Made by a program: the position numbers and the translations under genes
Notes under the pieces: generated by a model
What the model was told of the DNA's origin: nothing
The model's database searches: none
Seen by the model: only the letters and a program-made list of their open reading frames with translations
Assembly (NCBI GenBank): GCA_035285025.1
Contig: JAYKHY010000064.1
Coordinates: 5,895-69,894, forward strand
From: Vampirovibrionales bacterium
Lineage (GTDB): Bacteria; Cyanobacteriota; Vampirovibrionia; Vampirovibrionales; JAJTHC01
Direction: 5' to 3'
Length of the DNA stretch: 64,000 bases
Shown: piece by piece, positions 54,791 through 63,462 of the stretch
Numbering within the stretch: position 1 is the stretch's first letter
Layout of the letters: each line of letters opens with the position of its first letter

Positions 54791-56302
54791 ATGACTGCTC
54801 CGCAACACATACAGCAGGAGAAGCGCTGCCCCATGTCTACGATGGGCGCTTGCCTGATGAACGGCTTGATGACGGGTTACAAATGGGTTACCGAGCGCAT
54901 CGCCAAAATTGATTTGTTTGATGAGACCAAATCGGCAGAGCGTAAAACCTCGCCGTGGTACATGCTGGGTGCTATTTATTATTTGGCTTGGGTTTTGGTG
55001 ATGACCAGCGGCTTGATTCTGGTCGCGTTTTATATTCCCACAACCTCGCAGGCCTTTGATTCGATTAACGCCATCATGGCCAATGTCCCGTTCGGAAGCA
55101 TTATTCGTGGTTTCCATAAATACGGCGCAGATTGTATGATTATTGCGGCCACATTGCGGATTTATCGCATGTGGTTTGCGGGTGAGTATAAAAACAAAGG
55201 CGAGCTTACGTTTATTCTGGCACTGGTGTTGCTGCTGGTGGCCATGTATTCGGGCTTGACGGGGTACCTTTTAATCTGGAACCAGCGCGCGTTCTGGGCG
55301 ACCAAGGTGTTTGCCACGTTCCCGACCTACCTGGATATTACGCCAGGCCGATGGCATTGGCCTTGGGAAACCGTTTCGGGTCGCGATTTAACCTGGTTTA
55401 TCCCGAATGCGATTGGTGCCAGCACCAAGATTATTGGTAACTTAACGCACCAAGGGGTCACGACGTCGCAAATTCTGATGGGCGGTGCCTCGATTGGCCA
55501 AGCCACGATGACGCGGTTTTTCTCGTTGCACTTTGGGATTTCGTTGATTTTACTCGTGGTTAGCGAGCTGTATTTTTACCAGAACCGGCTTAAGCGCATT
55601 AACTTAACGCGTTGGTCGGTGCTGACTGTGGTGCTGATGCTGCTGATTACCAGCATTATTTTTCCGACGGAGTCCGGGTCTCGTGCGAACCCTGAAGTTA
55701 CGCCATTGCCGATTCTGTCGGACTGGTATTTCCTAGCGCTGTATCAAATGCTGAAGTATATGGATCCTTACTGGGCCACCATCTGGACGGTGGGAATCCC
55801 TGTGATTACGGTTGGTTTAACATTTGTGGATTTTGGCAAAGAGACCAATATCTGGAAGCGCCCCATGTTTTTCTGCCTGGCGATTATGGGCTTCATTCAG
55901 TTCGTGATTTTCTCGCTGCTCATTATTGCCAACCAGGCTAATATTGATCGCGATCCGCCTTACTGGTACGGCAGCATGGTGTTCTTTATCACGATTGGTC
56001 AGTTCTGGCACTTTGCCCTGTACCGCCAGCTGTTACCGATGATGGTCTGGGTGGGCTTTAACTTAGTGACCAGTGTGTTTTATTTGCTGCACTGGCATGT
56101 AATTTCTGCCGACTGGCTGATGTTGTGGTTCCAGGCGCAAGGCAACGTAGCGTGGAACGCAAGCAACTTGTACTGGAACCTGCTTTGGGTGATTTACAGT
56201 GTTGTCCAAGCGGCTGTGGCGGGCGCGCTGTTTTTGCCCAAGCTACCGCAGTACTTGACTCAACCCAAGCTTATCGTCACCGAGTTGACGGATGGACGGT
56301 AA
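54791..56302 (+). CDS. cytochrome b (fused b6 plus subunit-IV-like, with extra C-terminal helices), atypical heme ligation
   Basis: RGFHKYGADCM, GELTFILALV.......GLTGYLLIWNQRAFWATKV, TRFFSLH and SDWYFLALYQ (a PEWY-like motif). Only one His is present in each of helices B and D. Confidence 0.9.
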   Translation: MTAPQHIQQEKRCPMSTMGACLMNGLMTGYKWVTERIAKIDLFDETKSAERKTSPWYMLGAIYYLAWVLVMTSGLILVAFYIPTTSQAFDSINAIMANVPFGSIIRGFHKYGADCMIIAATLRIYRMWFAGEYKNKGELTFILALVLLLVAMYSGLTGYLLIWNQRAFWATKVFATFPTYLDITPGRWHWPWETVSGRDLTWFIPNAIGASTKIIGNLTHQGVTTSQILMGGASIGQATMTRFFSLHFGISLILLVVSELYFYQNRLKRINLTRWSVLTVVLMLLITSIIFPTESGSRANPEVTPLPILSDWYFLALYQMLKYMDPYWATIWTVGIPVITVGLTFVDFGKETNIWKRPMFFCLAIMGFIQFVIFSLLIIANQANIDRDPPYWYGSMVFFITIGQFWHFALYRQLLPMMVWVGFNLVTSVFYLLHWHVISADWLMLWFQAQGNVAWNASNLYWNLLWVIYSVVQAAVAGALFLPKLPQYLTQPKLIVTELTDGR

Positions 56303-56669
56303 CATCACGAAGCCTTCAACGCCTCAAGGGGCTGCCGGCGCCCATGCTACGCATTGCGAACCTGGCAGCCCACCGCAAATGCCAATTGAGACCGAGCTAT
56401 TGACCGGCCCGATTCGGGGGCTCAACACGATTGCCTGGTGGGCCGTGTTTTTACTCTGCGCGGTAGGACTTTCGTGGGTGTTTGAGACGTTTAAGCAGTT
56501 TACGCTGGTGCCTAATCTAACCAATGGGTTGTTGCTGGCAGGGGCGTTTTTCATTTTACTTGGCGCGTTTGTATTGCTGTTGTACGATAGTTACGCAAAA
56601 GAAAAGCAAAAAGATAAAATCACGCGTCCGTTTGCGTTGTTTGAAGCCTGGTATCATCGCAAACGTTGA
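56292..56669 (+). CDS. small membrane protein, start overlapping the cytochrome b stop
   Basis: Its ATG overlaps the cytochrome b stop by 11 nt, which suggests translational coupling. Two predicted TM segments. No motif. Confidence 0.5.
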   Translation: MDGNITKPSTPQGAAGAHATHCEPGSPPQMPIETELLTGPIRGLNTIAWWAVFLLCAVGLSWVFETFKQFTLVPNLTNGLLLAGAFFILLGAFVLLLYDSYAKEKQKDKITRPFALFEAWYHRKR

Positions 56670-56926
56670 GCCCGCCCGCACTCACACAAATCCTGAAAGG
56701 CGACATGTGCGTTTAATCTTATCGCCCCGTTTTGGAGCAAAGTTGCCCGAAAATAAAACGCTAATCCGAATACTGGTGAGGATTCAAGACAAAAAAGAGT
56801 CCCTGTTAGAACATATGAGCTTGGTAAGCGGATTACTGAGCAACAAGATGAGTTTAGAGTGTTGATGGAAGGCCCAGATCGTCAAGGCGGTCTAGAATTT
56901 TAAAATTATTGCTTGGAGTTCAGGAT

Positions 56927-57184
56927 ATGTCTTATAAAGCAAAACAGCAGCCCGGTTTTTTGGCGATTTTGATTACTTTTTTGGCCATTGGCGTTACGTT
57001 GGCGGTGTTACCAATGGTGCTCAAGGGCGATGCGCTGGTTGATATGCTTGATCAACCGGCGGTCATGCTCGAAGGTCTCAAGCTGTTTTACGCGGGCGTT
57101 GGTGGCGCGCTATTAGCCTTGGGCGTTGCGTATGTGATTGTTGATAAGCAAGACCCGGTAAAGACCCAGCCCGGCGAAGAATAA
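56927..57184 (+). CDS. small membrane protein
   Basis: GGAG lies 9 nt upstream of the ATG at 56927. Two predicted TM segments. It is followed by a strong terminator. Confidence 0.5.
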   Translation: MSYKAKQQPGFLAILITFLAIGVTLAVLPMVLKGDALVDMLDQPAVMLEGLKLFYAGVGGALLALGVAYVIVDKQDPVKTQPGEE

Positions 57185-57206
57185 TCACTTCTATCGCTAT
57201 GAGATT

Positions 57207-57242
57207 TAAAAAGGTTCATGCGTTACCATGAACCTTTTTTTG
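57207..57242. terminator. bidirectional rho-independent terminator between the respiratory cluster and pepA
   Basis: AAAAAGGTTCATG, loop cgttac, CATGAACCTTTTTTT. A 13-bp stem with an A-run and a T-run on either side. Confidence 0.75.
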
Positions 57243-57281
57243 TTCGCTTTAATGCCGTGCTTGAACCGTTTCAAGTGAAAC

Positions 57282-58865
57282 TCAAGCCAAATTCAGCAGG
57301 TAATACAGCAGCGTGCGGACGCCGTAGCCGGTGGCACCCTTGGGCACCTCGGGCCAATCTTTGCCGGTATAAGCCGGGCCTGCAATATCCAGGTGCGCCC
57401 ACGCGCGGGATTTATCCACAAAGGCCTGCAAAAATACGCCGCCTTTGCTGCTGCCCGCTTCGCCTTTAGCGCCCGAGTTAATCAAATCGGCGACCGGGCT
57501 TTTGAGGCAATCTTTATACTCGTCGTAAATGGGTAAGGGCCAAAGGTATTCGCCTGCGCGTTCTGCCGAGGCCAGCAACGCGTCAATCAAAGGCTGGCTG
57601 ACCTTGGGGGTACCCATAATCGCGGCGGCTTCTTTACCTAGCGCGATGACGCACGCGCCTGTCAGGGTGGCCAGGTCAATGAGCTCATCCGGGTTGCATT
57701 GCTTTTGCGCATAGGTTAGCGCATCCGCCAGAATCAACCGGCCTTCAGCGTCGGTGTTGTTAATTTCGATGGTCTTACCGTTCATAGCGGTAATCACATC
57801 GCCCGGGCGGCCGGCGTGGCCGCTGGGCATGTTTTCGCACGCAGGAATAAACGCCTCAACGCGGTGTTTTACCGCTTGGGGCGTACCCGCTAAGCGGGCA
57901 ATGGCGCCCATGGTGCTGATGGCTGCGGCTGCGCCGGCCATGTCCATTTTCATCAATTCCATGGCGCCTGCTGGCTTGAGCGACAAGCCGCCGCTATCGA
58001 ACGTGACGCCTTTGCCAACAATCGCAATGGTTTTGATGGGCTCCGAGTTGCCGGACGCTGCTTTTTCTGAGGGTTTATAACTTAAATGAATCAGTTTAGG
58101 CGGCTCGATGCTGCCTTTGGCGACTTGCCAAAACGCGCCCATACCCAGTTGCTGGATTTCATCCGGCCCCAGCACGGTGCATTGTAAGCCTTCGATCTGT
58201 AGTGCTTGCTCGGCCAAATACGTGGGCGTCACGTTATTAGCGCTGTCAAACACCCAATCGCGGGCGGTGCAGGTGGCCTGAGCAATAATCTCGCCCAGCT
58301 GAATACCCGGTTGCAACGTTGCGTGTTGCGCTTCTGGGGCGATTATATGCAGAGTTTTAAGCCCACCGTAGGCGTTAGGCCCCGTTTTTGCGGCGTTGCC
58401 TTTTAGGGTATCAAACTGGTACGCGCCTAAAATTGCGCCTTCGGCCAGTAGGCGGGCCGACGATGCGTCATCAAGCTCGGGGCTGTTAGCGGATTCAAAG
58501 GCAAGTGCAACCGAGGCTAGCTTAAGTCGCATTGCTGCTCGGATGCCTGCCGCCACTGAGCGCCGCAAGGCTTTGGCGTTTAAATCTTCTTTTTTGCCCA
58601 AGCCCACTGCAATAATGTAGGGCGCTTGCAGTTTGCCGTAGGTCGGTATCGCGCTGGCATCGCCCAGTTTGCCTTTAAAGGGTTTGTGCAGTTTTAAATG
58701 CTCAATAAGCGCGTTGCCCAGCAGGGCATCCAGCTTGCTTAGCAGTGGCGAGGATGCGCCTTGCGATGCGTCGGAGGTGGCAAAGCCCTCGTGGAGCGGA
58801 AGTAGCAGCGCCTCTGCGGCGATGGATTCAGCGGGTTGGCTGCTGAGCTGGATGGCAAGCGTCAT
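57282..58865 (-). CDS. pepA: leucyl aminopeptidase (M17)
   Basis: Motifs VGKGVTFDSGG, NTDAEGRL and DIAG. Confidence 0.95.
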   Translation of the reverse strand: MTLAIQLSSQPAESIAAEALLLPLHEGFATSDASQGASSPLLSKLDALLGNALIEHLKLHKPFKGKLGDASAIPTYGKLQAPYIIAVGLGKKEDLNAKALRRSVAAGIRAAMRLKLASVALAFESANSPELDDASSARLLAEGAILGAYQFDTLKGNAAKTGPNAYGGLKTLHIIAPEAQHATLQPGIQLGEIIAQATCTARDWVFDSANNVTPTYLAEQALQIEGLQCTVLGPDEIQQLGMGAFWQVAKGSIEPPKLIHLSYKPSEKAASGNSEPIKTIAIVGKGVTFDSGGLSLKPAGAMELMKMDMAGAAAAISTMGAIARLAGTPQAVKHRVEAFIPACENMPSGHAGRPGDVITAMNGKTIEINNTDAEGRLILADALTYAQKQCNPDELIDLATLTGACVIALGKEAAAIMGTPKVSQPLIDALLASAERAGEYLWPLPIYDEYKDCLKSPVADLINSGAKGEAGSSKGGVFLQAFVDKSRAWAHLDIAGPAYTGKDWPEVPKGATGYGVRTLLYYLLNLA

Positions 58866-59003
58866 AGCGGGGGAGTGTCCTAACCTGATTGAGGGGCAAT
58901 TGATAAATGAAACGCGTTTTTAGGGCAAAAACGCCCTGACGTGTTTGAAATTTTATTAGTTTAAAGATGTTTCTGCTTGAAGATTTTTAGTTTTAAATTT
59001 TTT

Positions 59004-59033
59004 AATTTGAAGATTTTTAATTTGAAGATTTTT
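59004..59033. repeat. 2 x 15-bp tandem repeat AATTTGAAGATTTTT straddling the surE stop codon
   Basis: Units at 59004-59018 and 59019-59033. A degenerate third unit (cttgaagattttt) lies at 58976-58988. The reverse complement of one unit encodes KSSN-stop. Confidence 0.8.
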
Positions 59034-59805
59034 CTAGCAGGGGCTTTAAGGTTTTCACGGCTTCAAAGTGGGTTAAATCAAACTGTACCGGGCTAATGGT
59101 TACGGCTTTGGTACGAATGGCGTAAATATCGGTTTCGGTGTCGTCGCAGGGCTCCGGGCGTTCGCCTGCCAGCCAATAATAGGCGCCGCCGCGCGGGTCA
59201 AGCCGTTTGTCAAAGGCGTCCTTGTACATGTGCGTGCCCAGTTTGGTCACGCGCACGCCGTTAAAGTCTTGCCGCGCGACGGGGGGAATATTAATGTTGA
59301 AGATAGACTTGGGCGGCAGGTGCGCGTGGGTCAGGGTTTCAAGAAAATCTGCAATGAACGTCGCGCCGTGCGTAAAATCGGCTTGCGGCTCGTGCCCTTC
59401 GAGTAACGAGATGGCAATACTGGGGAGCTGGTACATGGCGCCTTCAATCGCGGCGCTTACCGTGCCGGAATACAATACATCTGCGCCCAGGTTTGCCCCG
59501 TGGTTAATGCCCGAGACGACGACATCGATTTTGCCCTTAAAAAGCTGCGAGAGCGCTATTTTGACGCAATCGCTGGGAGTGCCGGTGACGCTGTAGGCGT
59601 CTTTAACGCCCAGGTGAGACAGGTCAAAGGGTTCGACGCGCAGGGGCTTGTGCAGGGTTAACGCGTGGCCGGTGGCGCTGCGCTCGCGGTCAGGCGCGCT
59701 CACAAACACCTCGAACTGATTCGGACGTTCGGCCAGTGTTTTGGCAAGCGTCTGGAGTCCGCGCGCATAAATCCCGTCATCGTTGGCAAGTAAAACCCTG
59801 AGCAT
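59017..59805 (-). CDS. surE: 5'/3'-nucleotidase SurE
   Basis: MLRVLLANDDGIYARGL, SGINHGANLG and YSGTVSAA. Confidence 0.95.
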   Translation of the reverse strand: MLRVLLANDDGIYARGLQTLAKTLAERPNQFEVFVSAPDRERSATGHALTLHKPLRVEPFDLSHLGVKDAYSVTGTPSDCVKIALSQLFKGKIDVVVSGINHGANLGADVLYSGTVSAAIEGAMYQLPSIAISLLEGHEPQADFTHGATFIADFLETLTHAHLPPKSIFNINIPPVARQDFNGVRVTKLGTHMYKDAFDKRLDPRGGAYYWLAGERPEPCDDTETDIYAIRTKAVTISPVQFDLTHFEAVKTLKPLLEKSSN

Positions 59806-60285
59806 GGGTATGACGGTATCATAAAAACGGGGCCGCTCGCAGCGTGGGGCATGCGGGGCGTCTCTGCAGATGAAGTACCCTTAAGCAAAAAAACAAAAAG
59901 CCTGAAGCCGAGGGTCAGTCAAGGCAGTAAATCGACGACATCAGAATTTTTTTTTCGCTTTCGCGCTTAAGTGTGCTATTTAAAGCAAGCTTAATGACGG
60001 GCAAAACTTGATTCTTTTGGTTTAAAAGTCGTCTGTCTGGTGGACGAATAGGACGGTCGCACTTGCTATGATAGGGTGTGTAGTCGTACAAATATAGCAA
60101 ATTTTAAGCTCGAATCAGAGCGTTCCTGCACGAATGTGTAGGCGTCTGTTTATATCGCGTGTGGAAAAATATAGACTTTAAAAGTATATCAACCACAGTG
60201 TTTTAGACTTAAGTTGATTTACTTTAAGGGACGTTAATTTTAAGGATTCAATGCGCCTTAGGCGCTGATTACGGAGTTGAGCGTG

Positions 60286-60801
60286 ATGGCCGAGACACTC
60301 AAATTACAGACCAGCCGGTTTGGCGAATTATCCGTGGACCCGACCACGCTGATTCGGATGGCGCTGCCGATGCTGGGCTTTGAGTCGCAAACCCGCTTTG
60401 TTTTAATTCAGCACAAGCCCGATTCGCCGTTTTTGTGGCTACAAAGCGCCGATGACCCGGATTTGGCGTTTATCCTGACTCAGCCGCAATGGTTTAGCAT
60501 GGCGTACTCGATTACGATTCCGGATGCAGCAGTGGATGCTCTGGAGATTACCTGCGCCGAAGATGTTGAGATTTACACCCTGGTGACGATTCCGGATGAC
60601 ACCCCAGAGCGGATGACAACCAATCTTTTGGGGCCAGTGGTTATTAACAAGCACAACCGTAAGGCGGCGCAAATCGTTTTAAGTGATTCGGCGTTTGGCA
60701 CCAAAACCCCCCTGTTGCAGCCCGCTAAAATCGGCAGCGAACCGGCGACCGGCACGTTGCAGTGGCTCAGCCAGTCTGCGGAACCTGCTGCAGCGGTTTA
60801 A
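60286..60801 (+). CDS. fliW: flagellar assembly factor FliW (with a C-terminal extension)
   Basis: LPMLGFESQTRFVLIQHKPDSPFLWLQSADDPDLAFILTQP. It lies immediately upstream of csrA. GGAG lies 9 nt upstream of the ATG at 60286. Confidence 0.9.
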   Translation: MAETLKLQTSRFGELSVDPTTLIRMALPMLGFESQTRFVLIQHKPDSPFLWLQSADDPDLAFILTQPQWFSMAYSITIPDAAVDALEITCAEDVEIYTLVTIPDDTPERMTTNLLGPVVINKHNRKAAQIVLSDSAFGTKTPLLQPAKIGSEPATGTLQWLSQSAEPAAAV

Positions 60802-60843
60802 ACGTAACTGTTTTAAGCTTTTAAGTGTAAGGATACACCGCCC

Positions 60844-61080
60844 ATGCTGGTGCTTAGCCGAAAACGCGGGCAGAAAATCCTGATTGGCGATAACATCTCG
60901 CTGGTGGTGCTCGAGGTTTACCCTGACGGGGTCAAGCTGGGCATCGATGCGCCCAAGTCGGTGCCGGTGTACCGCGAGGAGCTGCTGGCCGAGATGATAC
61001 AAAGTAACCGGCAAGCCGCCAGCCCCAGGAAGCTGCCTGAATTAACCCAAAAACCCTTGCAGCAACCTGTTGTAACTTAG
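60844..61080 (+). CDS. csrA: carbon storage regulator CsrA
   Basis: MLVLSRKRGQKILIGDNISLVVLEV..DGVKLGIDAPKSVPVYREE. Confidence 0.95.
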   Translation: MLVLSRKRGQKILIGDNISLVVLEVYPDGVKLGIDAPKSVPVYREELLAEMIQSNRQAASPRKLPELTQKPLQQPVVT

Positions 61081-61135
61081 TAAGGCTTTGGTTTGGCGCT
61101 TGAGTCCTTGTCTGGCTCCGATTATGCTATAGCGC

Positions 61136-62326
61136 ATGACTTACTTTGAGCAATCAGAGCAAACGCATCCGCTTGCCCTTAATTTATTTGACGCGCCCGA
61201 TGAGCCGCCCGTTGCGGCCCAACAGTCTGCCCAGGCTTCGGGAGATAACGCACGAGCAGGCGCGTCGCCAAGTCAGCGCCAAGAAATGCAAGCCCAAGCG
61301 CCGTTAAGCGCCGAAGCGATTCTTGGGTTGGCACAAAGCGCGCGTGAGGCTTTGGCGCAAATCCAGACGCTTGAGGCGCTGGAAGCCTTTCGTCTGAACT
61401 ATTTAGGCCGTAAAGGCCAGTTAACCCTGCTAAAGCGTGGGCTAAAAGATGTTGCCGACGAAGCGCGCGGCCCCTTAGGCCAGCAGTTAAACGCCCTGAG
61501 CGACGATCTAACCGAGCAAGCCGTCGCGCGCCAGCAGCAGTTGCAAGCCGATGCAATGGCGCAAACGCTCGCCAGTGAACAAATCGACGTAACAATGCCG
61601 GCTGTGGGCATGTTGCAGGGTAAAGCGCACCCGTTGACGCAAATTACCCTGCAAATTAGCCAGATTTTTACAGCAATGGGCTATCAGGTGCTGGATGATA
61701 ACCAGTGCCCGGAAGTCGAGACGGATTATTATAACTTTGAGGCTCTGAACTTTGCGGCGGATCATCCTGCGCGCGACATGCAGGATACGTTTTATACCGA
61801 TGTTGCGCCGCAAGTGCTTTTGCGGAGCCAGACGAGCAATGCGCAAATCCGGTATATGGAGCAGCAGGTGCAGGAGGGCAAGCAACCGCCGTTTAAAATC
61901 CTGGCGCCGGGCCGGGTGTACCGTAACGAGGCGGTGAATAGCCGTAAGAACGTTCTGTTTCATCAGATTGAAGGGTTGGTTGTTGCGCCCAACATTCGCT
62001 TTAGCGATTTAAAAGGCACGCTTGCGCAGTTTATTCAGGCTTTTTTTGGCGAAGCCAAGCCCACGCGCTTTAGGGCCAGTTATTTTCCGTTTACCGAGCC
62101 CAGCGCCGAAGTTGATGTGTTTTGGGACCGCTACGGGTGGCTTGAGATTTTAGGGTGCGGCATGGTGCATCCCAACGTGCTAAAAGCCGTAGGCTTAAAT
62201 CCCGAGCAATACAGCGGGTTTGCGTTTGGGCTTGGTGTCGAACGTTTAGCGATGCTTAAGCTGGGCACGCCGGATATCCGGCTGTTTTACCAAAACGATA
62301 TTCGCCTTTTAGACGCCTGTCCTTAG
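61136..62326 (+). CDS. pheS: phenylalanine--tRNA ligase alpha subunit (with a low-complexity N-terminal extension of about 55 aa)
   Basis: HPARDMQDTFY, FPFTEPSAEVDV, GCGMVHPNVL and GFAFGLGVERLAML. Confidence 0.95.
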   Translation: MTYFEQSEQTHPLALNLFDAPDEPPVAAQQSAQASGDNARAGASPSQRQEMQAQAPLSAEAILGLAQSAREALAQIQTLEALEAFRLNYLGRKGQLTLLKRGLKDVADEARGPLGQQLNALSDDLTEQAVARQQQLQADAMAQTLASEQIDVTMPAVGMLQGKAHPLTQITLQISQIFTAMGYQVLDDNQCPEVETDYYNFEALNFAADHPARDMQDTFYTDVAPQVLLRSQTSNAQIRYMEQQVQEGKQPPFKILAPGRVYRNEAVNSRKNVLFHQIEGLVVAPNIRFSDLKGTLAQFIQAFFGEAKPTRFRASYFPFTEPSAEVDVFWDRYGWLEILGCGMVHPNVLKAVGLNPEQYSGFAFGLGVERLAMLKLGTPDIRLFYQNDIRLLDACP

Positions 62327-62481
62327 AGACTCTCTGAAAAGTACTTTACAAAGGCATATGCGATGTTACTCAGTGCTCGCTTCGGTTATTTATTCGGTAT
62401 AAACGCCCTCGCTGCGCGCCTCGTGCCTTGCCGCTGCACCCCAGAAAGATTTTTTGGGCAAAACACTTCTCAGACAGTCTC
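62326..62481. mobile_element. 156-bp MITE-like element with 17-bp terminal inverted repeats and a TTA flanking duplication
   Basis: The left end is GAGACTCTCTGAAAAGT (62326-42). The reverse complement of the right end is GAGACTGTCTGAGAAGT (62465-81), 15 of 17 identical. TTA occurs at 62323-25 and at 62482-84. Confidence 0.5.
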
Positions 62482-62808
62482 TTAGGCGTATGCGCTAGGC
62501 GCAGGATTTTTTACCGGCATCGGGTAAAAAGTAATGTTGCCATCTGGTCCTTTGACCATAGTAAATTGCACCGGTTTTTTTGTACATGTGCCGACCGGGC
62601 AAGCCCCCAGGGCGCTTTTTTGGTACCCCTTATTAAAAGCCGCCTCTAACTGATTGGTAGACGCTCGAATCATTGATTCTGGCGTGGGCTTGAGGCTCGG
62701 TGCAGCCGGGTTTGAGGCGTTCTGGGCGTTGCTGGTTTGCGGTAGTACAGGTTGGCCAGAGACAACGGTATAAGCTGGTGGCATCAATATATTAATCGTC
62801 GTTCCCAT
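62482..62808 (-). CDS. hypothetical small protein
   Basis: 108-aa ORF convergent with pheS. Pro/Ala-rich N-terminus with two Cys pairs. No motif. Confidence 0.4.
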   Translation of the reverse strand: MGTTINILMPPAYTVVSGQPVLPQTSNAQNASNPAAPSLKPTPESMIRASTNQLEAAFNKGYQKSALGACPVGTCTKKPVQFTMVKGPDGNITFYPMPVKNPAPSAYA

Positions 62809-63462
62809 TGGTGTGTATCCCCCACTTCATCTGTCATTGCGTCAGGATTTTGCTTGCGTGCCTGCATAATGCATCGTTAGCAATTGTTGTTGCCATTCGC
62901 TAGCAAGCTTCGTGCTTATCAATACCGCGATTACCACGATTCAGGCATGGTGCGCACGGTTAAAGGTCAGAGTCGAGAGTATAAAATCCGTAAAAAAACG
63001 CTATTCCTGTTGCTGGTTTTAATACTGGCTGCCTATCAGCATTAAAAATTTTAAAAACAATCTTTGGATAGCGTTTTTAGGGGATCGTTTAAAATTGTAA
63101 TGATTCTTTACTTTATAAGAGACAAACCCCTTAAAACGCATTGACAAAATTACGAAACAGGCGTTAACTAGTATTCCCTTAATTCAACCTCATGTGCTGA
63201 TGCGCCCTGCAGCTAACCCTTTTGGGTTTGTAGACGTCACAATGAGTGCTTTAGTAAATGAGTGATTAGTAAAGGTAATTAAGGCTTTTTGTAGATGTGG
63301 GCGTGATACGGAATTTATATTGCAAAGCATTTCTCGATGCTTTACCGTCGTTTTTTAGGTTTTAAAAAATAACCCGAGCAAATCAGTCCTTTTTAACCGC
63401 CGCTTCATCGTTAAATTATTAAAACAGATGACCCGGCGGTTTTTTTTGGCCAAAATGCAGCC

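Noticed and set aside
5363-59033. Whether the duplicated gene 3' ends are template/variable repeat pairs of a diversity-generating retroelement.
   Set aside because: No reverse transcriptase is present in the window. The mismatches between copies are not adenine-specific. Only about 4-10 terminal codons are covered, not a roughly 100-bp variable region inside a ligand-binding domain.
63270-63360. A THF riboswitch upstream of the 5-formyl-THF cyclo-ligase gene.
   Set aside because: The only resemblance is the short words GTAGATG and GCGTG. I cannot reconstruct the pseudoknotted three-way junction, so I report only generic hairpins.
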